A model generated the notes under the pieces. The model searched no databases, had not been told where the DNA came from, and saw only the letters and a program-made list of their open reading frames with translations. 60,182 nt of DNA, taken from NCBI GenBank assembly GCA_944372355.1, contig CALVYS010000004.1, positions 1 through 60,182 on the forward strand, given 5' to 3'. Origin of the DNA: an uncultured Clostridia bacterium (GTDB lineage: Bacteria > Bacillota > Clostridia > Christensenellales > UBA1242). Each line of letters begins with the position of its first letter. The stretch's first letter is position 1. The translations under genes were made by a program, and so were the position numbers. Positions 1 to 8,538 of the stretch are shown piece by piece.

Positions 1-27
1 TTATGTTATGAAAAAATAACATAATAG
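1..27. repeat. Palindromic intergenic repeat, copy a (truncated by window edge): TTATGTTAT-gaaaaa-ATAACATAA
   Basis: Perfect 9-bp inverted arms. It shares the ATAACATAATA core with copies at 9561, 22716 and 35495, and lies just 3' of the minus-strand tRNA. Confidence 0.7.
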
Positions 28-56
28 ATTGTAAAAATGGAGAATTATTTAAAATT

Positions 57-132
57 TGGTCGGCGTGGCGGGATTTGAACCCACGACCTCATGGTCCCGA
101 ACCATGCGCGCTACCAACTGCGCTACACGCCG
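57..132 (-). tRNA. tRNA-Pro, anticodon CGG, 3' CCA encoded
   Basis: The reverse complement folds as a cloverleaf. Acceptor stem is CGGCGTG/CACGCCG, D stem GCGC/GCGC, anticodon stem CATGG/CCATG with loop TTCGGGA, and T arm GTGGG-TTCAAAT-CCCGC. Discriminator A is followed by CCA. Confidence 0.93.
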
Positions 133-290
133 AAATTTGCATATATAAAAGAAATTTCATAAATTTTGGTGAAATCACCACGTATATATTTAAATTTTAA
201 TCTTTGGGTGAATTAAAGTCAAATTATATTGCTAAAAATGTTGGAGAAAAAATATATTTATGTTAAACTATCATAAATTTGGAGGGTTCT

Positions 291-1112
291 ATGATCAAAC
301 TTATAGTAGATTCCACTGCTTACATTCCAAAAGATTACATTGAAAAACATGATATACAAGTGATTCCTTTGCATGTGCTCTACATGGATCAGGAGTTTGA
401 GGAAGGCTTGCCAGGCAGCTATGATAAATTTTTTGAAAGCTTTACAAAAACGAAGCTTTTTCCAAAAACCTCTCAACCATCACCGGAGGCTTTTGTCAAT
501 GCTTACAACAAGGTGATTGAAGAAGGAAATGAAGCCATAGTTTTCACAATTTCGGCTTCTCTTTCAGGCACAAATTCTGTTGCCAATTTGGCAAGAGAAA
601 ATTGTTTGGATCCAGAAAAAATCACGGTTATTGACTCGATGAGCACTGGTCAAAACATTTGGGGATACTGTATGGAAGTGATCGAAAAAGCCGAAGAAGG
701 GTTATCTCGCCAGCAGATCGTTGATTACATTGCAACGCTTCAAGAAAACAGCCAAATCTGTTTTGTTCCAGACAGTTTGGAGTATCTTAAAAGAGGCGGC
801 AGGATCGGAAAAGTTAGTGCCACAATCGGCTCACTTTTGCAAATCAAACCTGTGCTGACATTCAAACAAGGCACATTGCTTTGTGCAAAAAAGATCTTTG
901 GAATGGGCAAGGCGATAGCCGATCTCATTGCAATGATTCCTAAAAAGACCAAAAGATTGTTTGCAATTCACATCGCCAACACCAAATTTTTTGACGTGCT
1001 GCTTGCAAAGATGAAAGAAGCTTTTCCAAAAACCAAAATTTATGAAGGTGAACTTGGTCCGGTTGTTGCGGCTCATATTGGGCCTGCCGTAGGGGTTTGC
1101 TATATATGTTAA
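291..1112 (+). CDS. DegV family fatty-acid-binding protein
   Basis: N-terminus MIKLIVDSTAYIP and overall DegV-like pattern, about 274 aa. GGAGGG lies 5 nt upstream of the ATG at 291; the track start at 279 is a TTG with no RBS. Confidence 0.85.
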   Translation: MIKLIVDSTAYIPKDYIEKHDIQVIPLHVLYMDQEFEEGLPGSYDKFFESFTKTKLFPKTSQPSPEAFVNAYNKVIEEGNEAIVFTISASLSGTNSVANLARENCLDPEKITVIDSMSTGQNIWGYCMEVIEKAEEGLSRQQIVDYIATLQENSQICFVPDSLEYLKRGGRIGKVSATIGSLLQIKPVLTFKQGTLLCAKKIFGMGKAIADLIAMIPKKTKRLFAIHIANTKFFDVLLAKMKEAFPKTKIYEGELGPVVAAHIGPAVGVCYIC

Positions 1113-1813
1113 GAAAATGTGCGCTCATCACCGGGGCCTCTGGTGACATTGGAAGGAGCATAGCCAGAACGCTTTCAAACAATGGCTATGACCTTTTTTT
1201 GTGCGCTTTTAAAAATGAAATAGATGTCAAAGGATTAAAAACGCAAGTCACACAGCTCAGGTTTGATGTTTCCAGCGCAAAACAGGTTCAGGAGGCCTTT
1301 GATCAGCTTGCAAGAAAAGGAGTCAAGTTTGATTTAGTGGTTTGCAATGCGGGGGTCGCAGAAAACGAAGCTATGCTAATAGACAAGTCAGATGAGGAAA
1401 TCGACTTTGTGATAAAAACCAATCTCAGCGGCACGATTTATTGCAATAAATATGTTTTGCCGCTTATGAACAAGGGGTCGAGTTTGATAAACATTGCGTC
1501 TTTTCTTGGTGTGTATGGTGGCAGCTGCGAAGCTGTGTATTCTGCTGCAAAAGCGGGCGTGATCGGCCTGACAAAGGCTTTGGCAAAGGAATGCGCGCCA
1601 TTGCATGTGAGGGTGAATTGCATAAGTCCTGGGTTTATAGACACAAAAATGAATGCCTCTTTTGACGAAACCGACAGACAGCTGATTTTGGAAAACACTC
1701 CACTTAAAAAATTTGGAACAGGAGACAATGTGGCGCAAGCCGTGCTTTACCTTGCTGAAAATGATTTTGTCACTGGTGAAAATTTGATCGTCAGTGGCGG
1801 GCTCACAGTTTAG
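1106..1813 (+). CDS. Short-chain dehydrogenase/reductase (FabG-like 3-oxoacyl-ACP reductase family)
   Basis: Rossmann motif ALITGASGDIGRSIA, NAG motif, catalytic YSAAKAG. The start could be TTG 1097 or ATG 1106. Confidence 0.85.
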   Translation: MLRKCALITGASGDIGRSIARTLSNNGYDLFLCAFKNEIDVKGLKTQVTQLRFDVSSAKQVQEAFDQLARKGVKFDLVVCNAGVAENEAMLIDKSDEEIDFVIKTNLSGTIYCNKYVLPLMNKGSSLINIASFLGVYGGSCEAVYSAAKAGVIGLTKALAKECAPLHVRVNCISPGFIDTKMNASFDETDRQLILENTPLKKFGTGDNVAQAVLYLAENDFVTGENLIVSGGLTV

Positions 1814-1840
1814 AAAAAAGTCGAAAAATTTTCATTCTCT

Positions 1841-1879
1841 AAAACAAGCACTTTTTCTACAAAAGTGCTTGTTTTTTTT
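1841..1879 (+). terminator. Rho-independent terminator after the SDR gene
   Basis: AAAACAAGCACTTTT-tctac-AAAAGTGCTTGTTTT followed by a T run. Confidence 0.85.
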
Positions 1880-1920
1880 ATGTATAAATTCTTTAAACTG
1901 AAAGGCAAAGGAGGGCAAAA

Positions 1921-2229
1921 ATGAAAATAAAATCTCGGATTTATAACGGAACGCTTTATGTGCTGTTGTGTGGAGAGCTGGACGAGCACACTTCGTCTTA
2001 CACTCGTGAGGAGATGGACAAAGCTTTTGGCAGTGGCATTTTTAAACAGATCATAATCGACCTGTCCGAACTCGACTTTATGGATTCGACAGGGATAGGG
2101 GTGCTTATTGGAAGATACAAAAAGATGAAGGATCGTCACATTCCAATCTACATCTGCAATCCTTCTTCGCACGCTGAAAAAATTTTTAAAATGACAGGCC
2201 TTTATGACCTAATGCCAAAAATAATTTAG
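1921..2229 (+). CDS. spoIIAA: Anti-sigma-F factor antagonist SpoIIAA (STAS domain)
   Basis: About 100 aa with the phosphorylatable-Ser motif DSTGIGVLIG. It is followed by spoIIAB and sigF. Confidence 0.92.
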   Translation: MKIKSRIYNGTLYVLLCGELDEHTSSYTREEMDKAFGSGIFKQIIIDLSELDFMDSTGIGVLIGRYKKMKDRHIPIYICNPSSHAEKIFKMTGLYDLMPKII

Positions 2230-2242
2230 GAGGTTTTAAAAA

Positions 2243-2701
2243 GTGAAAAAGAACAATTTTATGGAAGTTGAGTTTAAAGCGGATTCTGTGAACGAAAGTT
2301 TTGCTCGCGTTTGCGTGGCAAGTTTTTGTCTGCCGTTGAATCCATCATTGGAGGAGATCAGCGACATCAAAACCGCGGTGTCGGAGGCGGTTACAAACGC
2401 GGTTGTGCATGCCTATCCTAAAGGCGGGGGTGTGGTTAGACTGCGTGTGGAGCTGGACGGAGCAGACGTTCTTATCACAGTTTCAGATGAAGGTGTTGGG
2501 ATCAAGGATTTCAAAAAAGCGAGGGAACCATTTTTCACAACCAAGCCTGATGACGAGAGAAGTGGCATGGGCTTTTCGGTCATGGAGTCTTTTATGGACG
2601 ATGTTCAGGTGTCCAAAAACGGCGAGCGTGGAGTCAAAGTGTTTATGAAAAAAACCTGCCGCTCTGGTTTGCTTTGTGAAGGAACTTATGCTAGACGCTG
2701 A
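2243..2701 (+). CDS. spoIIAB: Anti-sigma-F factor / serine kinase SpoIIAB
   Basis: N-terminus NESFARVCVASF, N-box EAVTNAVVHAY, G-box DEGVGI. GGAGG lies 9 nt upstream of the GTG start. Confidence 0.92.
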   Translation: MKKNNFMEVEFKADSVNESFARVCVASFCLPLNPSLEEISDIKTAVSEAVTNAVVHAYPKGGGVVRLRVELDGADVLITVSDEGVGIKDFKKAREPFFTTKPDDERSGMGFSVMESFMDDVQVSKNGERGVKVFMKKTCRSGLLCEGTYARR

Positions 2702-3410
2702 GAAAATAAAGGAGCTTGTTGCAAGAGCGCAAGCTGGCGATGAACAAGCCAAAAACACACTCATCAATGAAAATTCACCGCTGATAAAAAGCATTATAAA
2801 AAGATTTTGTGGCAAGGGGTTGGAGTATGATGATCTATATCAACTTGGGTGTTTGGGTTTTGTAAAGGCGATAAAAAATTTCAATCCTGATTTTAATGTC
2901 AAATTTTCAACCTATGTTGTGCCGATGGTGATAGGCGAGGTTAAAAGATTTATGCGTGATGATGGAGCGATCAAAGTTTCGCGCGCAATCAAATCTCTGA
3001 ATTTGAAGATAAACAAATATATTGAGGCCTACACATCAGAAAACAAAACCAAACCCAGTGTTGAACAAATCGCCAAGCATTTTGAGGTGGAAGAAGGTGA
3101 TGTGATCATGGCAATGGACTCTTCAAGAATGCCGGTTTCTCTTTATGCTCCGCTTGAAAATGGAGAGCAGGGCTCCTCGCTTGTGATTGATGGTGTCGAC
3201 GCACAATATAATGATGAAAGTTTGATGGACAAAATCGCGGTGCGTGAAATTTTGACCGGTCTTTCCAAACGTGATCGTGCGATTATATTGATGAGATATT
3301 TTTATGACAAAACGCAAAGTGAAATTGCCGAAAAACTGCACATTTCACAAGTGCAAGTCTCTCGCTTAGAAAACAAAATTTTAAATGGTTTAAAGAAAAA
3401 GCTGTCTTAA
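2688..3410 (+). CDS. sigF: Sporulation sigma factor SigF
   Basis: Sigma-70 regions 2-4 are visible (DLYQLGCLGFVKAIKNF, and the HTH QSEIAEKLHISQVQVSRLE). Position after spoIIAB fits. The track start GTG 2676 has no RBS. Confidence 0.9.
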   Translation: MLDAEKIKELVARAQAGDEQAKNTLINENSPLIKSIIKRFCGKGLEYDDLYQLGCLGFVKAIKNFNPDFNVKFSTYVVPMVIGEVKRFMRDDGAIKVSRAIKSLNLKINKYIEAYTSENKTKPSVEQIAKHFEVEEGDVIMAMDSSRMPVSLYAPLENGEQGSSLVIDGVDAQYNDESLMDKIAVREILTGLSKRDRAIILMRYFYDKTQSEIAEKLHISQVQVSRLENKILNGLKKKLS

Positions 3411-3424
3411 TCGGCAGCTTTTTT
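3396..3424. terminator. Shared bidirectional hairpin at the convergent ends of sigF and the lipoprotein gene
   Basis: AAAAAGCTGTC-ttaatc-GGCAGCTTTTT. Both stop codons (3408-3410 plus strand, 3407-3409 minus strand) lie in the loop, and T runs follow on both strands. Confidence 0.7.
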
Positions 3425-4711
3425 AATGAGATCTTCAATCTTTTTGTTGATGTCTGCACTCGTTGTTTGAGTGTGACCTTTTACTTTATCTTCACCTTGC
3501 AATGGCTCCTCGATGTCAGTGCTCACGCTTCGCACTTTCATGTCAACGTCTTGCTCCTCTTGATTTTCAGCAATCCTTGTCTCTTCCAAATTCTCGGAAT
3601 TCTCCTCCGCCGAAAGCTCGTTCATATTTTTTCTAGGCTTGATTTCTGGGCGGAATTTTGGTTGAATTTTTCCATCAATCGCTCTGGTTTGATTCACGTT
3701 TTCCAAATCGCTGGTTTCCTGGCTCAACTCTTCTTCATCATTTGGAGTGTGAACTTCGGCAGGCTCTGCGTCAATCATATTCACACCGTTTGAGCCCTGA
3801 AATCTTCTGCCATTGCCGTTGAAGCGATAAGTGTCGATGTTGGTGACGCCAGGACCATATGTGTCAGTGTTTCGATCTGGATTGAATCCACCACGCCAGG
3901 CTCCGTTGTAGCCATATCCGGCAGGATACCCATTGCCATAGCCGCCATTGGCATAACCATTATTTACATAACCTCCGTTTGCATAACCGTTGTTTGCATT
4001 AAAGTTTGCTGGATTATAAGCGGCTGTGTTGTTGATTGGGGTTTGAGCCTCTTCTTGATTTTGTGGAGTAACCTCCTGTTGTGGCTGAGTTGTTTCTGTG
4101 GTCTGCTGCTCATCGGTTTCAGCTTCTTCCAAACCGTTTAAAATATGCTCTATATTATCCAAAGTCAAAAGCAGGTTTTGCATATAGCAATCTCTGGCTT
4201 CCACACAGCAGGAAAGGCGTGAAAGTTTGGCGTCGATTTCTGTGGAATTGGAATCTAGTTTGTAAATTGCTTTCGCCGCGTTTTTATAGTCGGATTTGGT
4301 TTTGTTTAATGAGTTTGTGTATTTTTGCATACTGGAAGTCAGCTCATTTATGGCACTGGCATTTTCATTGCCAAGTTTGACTCCGCCAGCTATGGCCTTT
4401 TTGATTGATTTGACTTTTTTGTAAATCTGACTCGAAGCCGAGCTCACATTTGAAGCTGCCTGTGCAGAAGCTTGATAAGCGTTTGACAAAGTGCTGATTT
4501 CTGCTGTGCTAGCTTTTTCAGAAAAAAGCTTTGAAATGTTGTCCAAGGCAAGATCGCTTGAAGTGTCGCTGGTGATCGAACCCACGGTGTTTGTGGTTCT
4601 GTCAAGTTGATGTGAAAGCCGGTCAATGATGGCGGCCTCGTTTGAACTTGAACAACCTGCAAGTGCCAAAACGGCAGTTAAAGAAAGTCCCAAAATCAAC
4701 GATTTTTTCAT
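3407..4711 (-). CDS. Lipoprotein with a Ser/Ala/Asn-rich helical region, a Gly/Tyr/Asn-rich low-complexity core and an acidic C-terminus; function unknown
   Basis: Signal peptide plus lipobox MKKSLILGLSLTAVLALAGC, with GGAG upstream of the ATG at 4711. The core reads NGYANGGYVNNGYANGGYGNGYPAGYGYNG. The track's 24-aa 5' extension is unsupported. Confidence 0.75.
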   Translation of the reverse strand: MKKSLILGLSLTAVLALAGCSSSNEAAIIDRLSHQLDRTTNTVGSITSDTSSDLALDNISKLFSEKASTAEISTLSNAYQASAQAASNVSSASSQIYKKVKSIKKAIAGGVKLGNENASAINELTSSMQKYTNSLNKTKSDYKNAAKAIYKLDSNSTEIDAKLSRLSCCVEARDCYMQNLLLTLDNIEHILNGLEEAETDEQQTTETTQPQQEVTPQNQEEAQTPINNTAAYNPANFNANNGYANGGYVNNGYANGGYGNGYPAGYGYNGAWRGGFNPDRNTDTYGPGVTNIDTYRFNGNGRRFQGSNGVNMIDAEPAEVHTPNDEEELSQETSDLENVNQTRAIDGKIQPKFRPEIKPRKNMNELSAEENSENLEETRIAENQEEQDVDMKVRSVSTDIEEPLQGEDKVKGHTQTTSADINKKIEDLIKKAAD

Positions 4712-4804
4712 ATTTTTCTCCTTATTTAAACTGACCTTAGTTTGAGCAATAATTCGATGTTTATTCGCCATTTTATTTGTCAAATATTAAATAGGAGATA
4801 AAAA

Positions 4805-5260
4805 ATGAAAAACGAAAAATTAAATCAAGCTTACAATGCGTATGTGGAGGCGCGAATTCCAAAAACAAAGCCATGGCCGTCACTTTTCAATGCTTTTTGG
4901 GTTGGGGGCTTGGTCTGTTTGTTAGGGCAGGGCATCAACGAACTGTTGCTCTATCTTTTTCCGTCAATGGCTGAACAAAGCGCCTGGTCTTGGACACTTG
5001 TGATCTTAATCTTCATCGCATCTTTTTTGACAGCCATTGGGGTCTATGACAAGATTGGCAAGTTTGCAGGGGGCGGCACAATCGTGCCTATCACGGGGTT
5101 TTCCAATTCGATTTCTTCGCCAGCGATAGAGTTTAAGCATGAAGGCATCATTTATGGAACCTGCGTCAAGATGTTTAGTGTGGCTGGACCGGTGATTGTC
5201 TCTGGTGTGGTTGCAAGCATTGTTGTGGGATTAATCTATTTTATTGTGGGGCTGATTTGA
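4805..5260 (+). CDS. spoVAC: Stage V sporulation protein AC
   Basis: 150-aa membrane protein with SpoVAC-like sequence. It is followed by spoVAD and spoVAEB with overlapping stops and starts. Confidence 0.9.
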   Translation: MKNEKLNQAYNAYVEARIPKTKPWPSLFNAFWVGGLVCLLGQGINELLLYLFPSMAEQSAWSWTLVILIFIASFLTAIGVYDKIGKFAGGGTIVPITGFSNSISSPAIEFKHEGIIYGTCVKMFSVAGPVIVSGVVASIVVGLIYFIVGLI

Positions 5261-6255
5261 TGCAGACGATAGAACTTAAAAACCGCCCAAAAATTGTTGG
5301 AGGCTATTCGATTGTAGGGCCCAAGGAAGGGCGTGGCCCATTTGGAAAATACTTTGATTATGTCATGAAAAGCGACAGTTTTGGCGAAAAAACATATGAA
5401 CTTGCAGAGCGCAAAATGTTTGAAATTGCAGCGACAGGTGCCATTCAAAATGCTGGACTGATGGTCAGTGATGTCAATCTGATGCTGGCAGGTGATTTGC
5501 TCAATCAAATCATCTCGTCTTCGTATGCTGCCAGAGCCTTTAATATGCCATATCTTGGCATGTTTGGAGCTTGTTCAACTATGGCGGAATCCTTGGCTGT
5601 TGGTGCAGTTTTGATCAATGGCAGACACTTAAAAAATGTGGTTTGCGCAAGTGGGTCGCATTTTTCAACGGCCGAGCGGCAATTCAGGTTTCCACTCGAA
5701 CTTGGTTGCCAACGGGTTCCAACCTCTCAGTGGACTGTAACGGCGGCAGGAGCAAGCGTGTTGTCGCTTGAAGGCAGTGGGCCGGAAATTGTTTCGGTCA
5801 CTTTCGGCAAGGTGATAGATTTGGGCATAAAAGATGTCAACAACATGGGTGCTGCGATGGCACCCGCTGCGGCGGACACGATGGCTGTGCATTTTGAAGA
5901 GACAAAGCATAAACCTGAGGATTACGACCTTATATTAACCGGCGACCTGGGCAAACTTGGCTCAGAAATTTTGATTGATTTGCTTGAAGCCAAGGGTTAC
6001 AAAATGGGCAAAAATTACAGCGATTGTGGACACAGTTTTTTCACGCGTGAACAAGACACGATGTGTGGAGGCAGTGGCTGCGGCGCCAATGCGGCAGTCC
6101 TAAACAGCTATGTCCTCAAAAAGATGAGAAAGGGTGAGGTGAAAAGGGTGCTGTTTGTCCCAACAGGGGCTTTGATGTCGACAACGGCAACTCAACAAGG
6201 TGAGTCGATCCCCGGTGTCAGCCATGCGATAGTGCTGGAAAGTGGAGGCAAGTGA
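5257..6255 (+). CDS. spoVAD: Stage V sporulation protein AD
   Basis: 332 aa, thiolase-like, with the SpoVAD pattern GPKEGRGPFGKYFD and a central CST motif. Confidence 0.9.
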   Translation: MMQTIELKNRPKIVGGYSIVGPKEGRGPFGKYFDYVMKSDSFGEKTYELAERKMFEIAATGAIQNAGLMVSDVNLMLAGDLLNQIISSSYAARAFNMPYLGMFGACSTMAESLAVGAVLINGRHLKNVVCASGSHFSTAERQFRFPLELGCQRVPTSQWTVTAAGASVLSLEGSGPEIVSVTFGKVIDLGIKDVNNMGAAMAPAAADTMAVHFEETKHKPEDYDLILTGDLGKLGSEILIDLLEAKGYKMGKNYSDCGHSFFTREQDTMCGGSGCGANAAVLNSYVLKKMRKGEVKRVLFVPTGALMSTTATQQGESIPGVSHAIVLESGGK

Positions 6256-6608
6256 TGGAATATCTTTGGGTCTTTTTAATAGGCGGCTTAATCTGTATGC
6301 TCGGTCAGGTGTTGATCATAACCACGAAAATCACCTCGGCCAGAATTTTGGTGTTGTTTGTTATGATAGGTGTGGTGCTGCAAGCTTTCAATATTTTTGA
6401 CCCAATCTCTCGTTTTGCGCAGGCTGGTGTCAATGTGCCGATCATAGGGTTTGGCGCGTCATTGGCAAAAGGAGCGATGTCGGCGGTGGAATCACGGGGG
6501 CTTTTGGGCGCGTTCACAGGCGGCCTTGAAGCCACAGCGGCAGGGATTGCGGCGGCTGTTGGTTTTGCATTTTTGTTTTCACTTATATTCAAATCAAAAA
6601 CAAAATAA
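6252..6608 (+). CDS. spoVAEB: Stage V sporulation protein AE (SpoVAEB)
   Basis: 118-aa membrane protein paralogous to SpoVAC (GVNVPIIGFG). It is the third gene of the spoVA cluster. Confidence 0.88.
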   Translation: MMEYLWVFLIGGLICMLGQVLIITTKITSARILVLFVMIGVVLQAFNIFDPISRFAQAGVNVPIIGFGASLAKGAMSAVESRGLLGAFTGGLEATAAGIAAAVGFAFLFSLIFKSKTK

Positions 6609-6613
6609 ATTGA

Positions 6614-6630
6614 GTATTATGTCATAATAC
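6614..6630. repeat. Palindromic intergenic repeat, copy b: GTATTATG-t-CATAATAC
   Basis: Perfect 8-bp arms around a single central nucleotide. Confidence 0.65.
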
Positions 6631-6646
6631 ACGCAATATATTGTGT

Positions 6647-6675
6647 TCTACAATCTTCGACATTTTTCATATATA
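6647..6675 (+). promoter_or_regulatory. Candidate promoter giving a leaderless yunB mRNA: TCTACA-17-TATATA-6-ATG
   Basis: There is no Shine-Dalgarno sequence upstream of ATG 6682, and the -10-like hexamer ends 6 nt before the ATG. The -35 is weak, and a sporulation sigma factor is an equally possible driver. Confidence 0.35.
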
Positions 6676-6681
6676 TAAAAC

Positions 6682-7344
6682 ATGAAAAAAGTCAAGAACA
6701 AAAGATTAAGCCTAAAGGCCAGGGCTTACATTTGCCTTGGCTGTGTTTTGTTTGTTGTTTTGTGTGCCTTTTTATATTTTCAATTTGTTGTAAGTCCGCT
6801 GGTGGTGGAAGTTTCTCGTGCGCAAGTGGACTCGATAGCCACAACGGTTGTTAGTGATGCAATATATGATGTGATTCAAGATGAGGGATACAAATATGAT
6901 GATTTTATGCAGGTCAGCTATATGCAAGATGGGTCTGTCGCATCTATTACAGCGGATTCTATAAAGCTCAACAACTTTGCGAGAGAGCTTTCCACTCTGG
7001 TGCAAATCTATCTTGACACGGTGGGCGAGCATGACATTGGCATTCCGTTGGGGTCTTTTACGGGTATCAATGCGCTTTCAGGCATTGGACCAAATGTCAC
7101 AGTCAACATGGTGCCGATTGGCTCGGTTATCACGTCGTTTGAATCCTCTTTTACAAACGCCGGCATAAACAACGTTTTGCACTCGCTTTACATCAATGTC
7201 AATGTAACCATCAGTGTGATTTTGCCTTTGACAACCAAACATGTCGATTTTATAACCCAAGTGTTGATATGTGAAAATTTGCTGACGGGCAAAGTGCCGG
7301 AAGTTTATTTAAATTTTGGCAATTCAGTTTTTAGTTGGGCCTGA
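6682..7344 (+). CDS. yunB: Sporulation protein YunB
   Basis: N-terminal TM helix, then a YunB-like core: IGIPLGSFTGINALSGIGPNVTVNMVPIGSV...FTNAGINNVLHSLYINV...GKVPEVY. Confidence 0.8.
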   Translation: MKKVKNKRLSLKARAYICLGCVLFVVLCAFLYFQFVVSPLVVEVSRAQVDSIATTVVSDAIYDVIQDEGYKYDDFMQVSYMQDGSVASITADSIKLNNFARELSTLVQIYLDTVGEHDIGIPLGSFTGINALSGIGPNVTVNMVPIGSVITSFESSFTNAGINNVLHSLYINVNVTISVILPLTTKHVDFITQVLICENLLTGKVPEVYLNFGNSVFSWA

Positions 7345-8219
7345 AAATCGGCTGGAAGTGGGGAAGAAATCTTCTTTTTAAAGCCGAGTATTGGCAGACA
7401 GATGGTCGCGGATTTGCAATGCAAAAGCGCTCTTGACGCGCCAGTCGAATAAAGTGGATCGTTTAAAAGAGGAAAGCCTAACGCGGCCATGTGCACTCGT
7501 ATTTGATGGGTGCGTCCGGTTTGCAAGGTGATTTCAAGCAGAGTACAATTTGCAAAGTTTTTGAGTTTTTTGACAAAAGTCAAAGCGGGTTTTTCTTCAA
7601 CAGAGAAGCCTTTTTCAAGCAGGTTGGCTTTTTGCGTCTGGCTCAAAACCTGCCTTTTTTGCTGGTTGATTCCATCTTTTGTTATAGTGCAGATGGGAAG
7701 GTTTATTTCCAGGTTGTCAAAGGGGAATTCACCTTGACAAATGGCCTGATAGGTTTTTGTAACGCTGGCATTTTCTGCGCTCAATCTGTCCTTTGCGATC
7801 ACAACCACACCGGAAGTGTCCTTATCCAGCCTTCCAAGCACTCGATAAACGAAATTTGGCTGCCGATTTTTCATATATTCGCAAACGGCGCAGGCGAGGT
7901 TTTCGTTGTAGTGCGACTTAGATGGAATGCAAGAAATTCCTGCTAGTTTATTGACAACCAGAAAGCAATCGTTTTCAAACAAAATGTCAAGTTTCAAGTT
8001 ACTGATTGGCAATTCGGTCGAGGTGTCATCTTCCAGGTTTATTGTGATTTGATCTCCGGATTTTAATGAGCTGCTCATATCTATAATTTGGCCATTTCTC
8101 AAAAGCCTTCCTGCCTTTTTGCGCAAAAAAGATATAAGCGATTCTGAAAGGCCAAAATCCTTCAAAGCCATATACGCATGTTTGTAGTCGCTTTTGACAC
8201 CAAAAGAAAAGTTTTTCAT
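7305..8219 (-). CDS. RluA-family pseudouridine synthase (RluD-like, with N-terminal S4-like domain)
   Basis: Catalytic GRLDKDTSGVVVIAK and C-terminal GRTHQIRVHMAALGFPLLNDPLY. The start is set at ATG 8219 because the track extension to 8378 would run through the pheS T-box leader and promoter. Confidence 0.85.
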   Translation of the reverse strand: MKNFSFGVKSDYKHAYMALKDFGLSESLISFLRKKAGRLLRNGQIIDMSSSLKSGDQITINLEDDTSTELPISNLKLDILFENDCFLVVNKLAGISCIPSKSHYNENLACAVCEYMKNRQPNFVYRVLGRLDKDTSGVVVIAKDRLSAENASVTKTYQAICQGEFPFDNLEINLPICTITKDGINQQKRQVLSQTQKANLLEKGFSVEEKPALTFVKKLKNFANCTLLEITLQTGRTHQIRVHMAALGFPLLNDPLYSTGASRALLHCKSATICLPILGFKKKISSPLPADFQAQLKTELPKFK

Positions 8220-8225
8220 GAAAAA

Positions 8226-8234
8226 AGTATAACA
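8226..8234 (-). promoter_or_regulatory. Extended -10 (TGtTATACT) positioned 6 nt upstream of ATG 8219 (leaderless candidate)
   Basis: The minus strand reads aTGtTATACT-tttttc-ATG with no SD. The -35 (TTAATA) is weak. Confidence 0.45.
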
Positions 8235-8240
8235 TATTGG

Positions 8241-8270
8241 TTGACTTTTATTAAACAATTGTGCTAACAT
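8241..8270 (+). promoter_or_regulatory. SigA-type promoter of the pheST T-box leader: TTGACT-18-(TGc)TAACAT
   Basis: Hexamers read directly. It sits back-to-back with the rluD-like promoter. Confidence 0.6.
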
Positions 8271-8276
8271 TTTCTT

Positions 8277-8522
8277 GTAAAAAAGCGATGATGAAGGACC
8301 AGTAACTTCCAAAAACGCATTTTCAGAGAGGTTCAACTTTGTGCTGTAATTGAACCAAATGCGCGGTGGTGAATTCACCTTCTAGCTGCCTTTTTGAAGC
8401 CGAAAGGTGTGTAGATTTGGCCGGGTGCAACCGTGATATTGCAAGATGAGGGCTTGAAAAAGCTGAAATTAGGTGGTAACGCGTGAGATTCTCTCGCCCT
8501 AATATAGGTGCGGGAGTTTTTT
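8277..8522 (+). promoter_or_regulatory. T-box riboswitch leader, Phe specifier (UUC)
   Basis: GA/K-turn AGCGATGATGA...AGTA, AGAGAG box, and distal hairpin GGTTCAA...TTGAACC. The specifier loop reads GAA-TTC-A (TTC at 8374-8376). The T-box sequence AAATTAGGTGGTAACGCG is at 8466-8483. A terminator CTCTCGCCC..GGTGCGGGAG plus T6 (8491-8522) lies directly upstream of pheS. Confidence 0.82.
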
Positions 8523-8538
8523 AATTTAAGGAGAGATC

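Noticed and set aside
1880-1920. SigH or SigA promoter for the spoIIA operon, SigG promoter for spoVA (4712-4804), and SigF/SigG promoter for spoIVB (16779-16790).
   Set aside because: I found no convincing hexamer pairs at proper spacing by eye. Calling them would be guesswork without a position weight matrix scan.
8220-8378. 5' extensions of track ORFs: 7305-8378, 3407-4783, 31596-32159, 45713-46624, 38549-38953 and 37444-38568.
   Set aside because: The extensions run through a T-box leader, promoters or terminators, or lack an RBS. Downstream starts restore canonical N-termini (lipobox signal peptide, RuvC MIVLGIDPG, TruB, NusB MRRDSR) and have proper SD or leaderless geometry.
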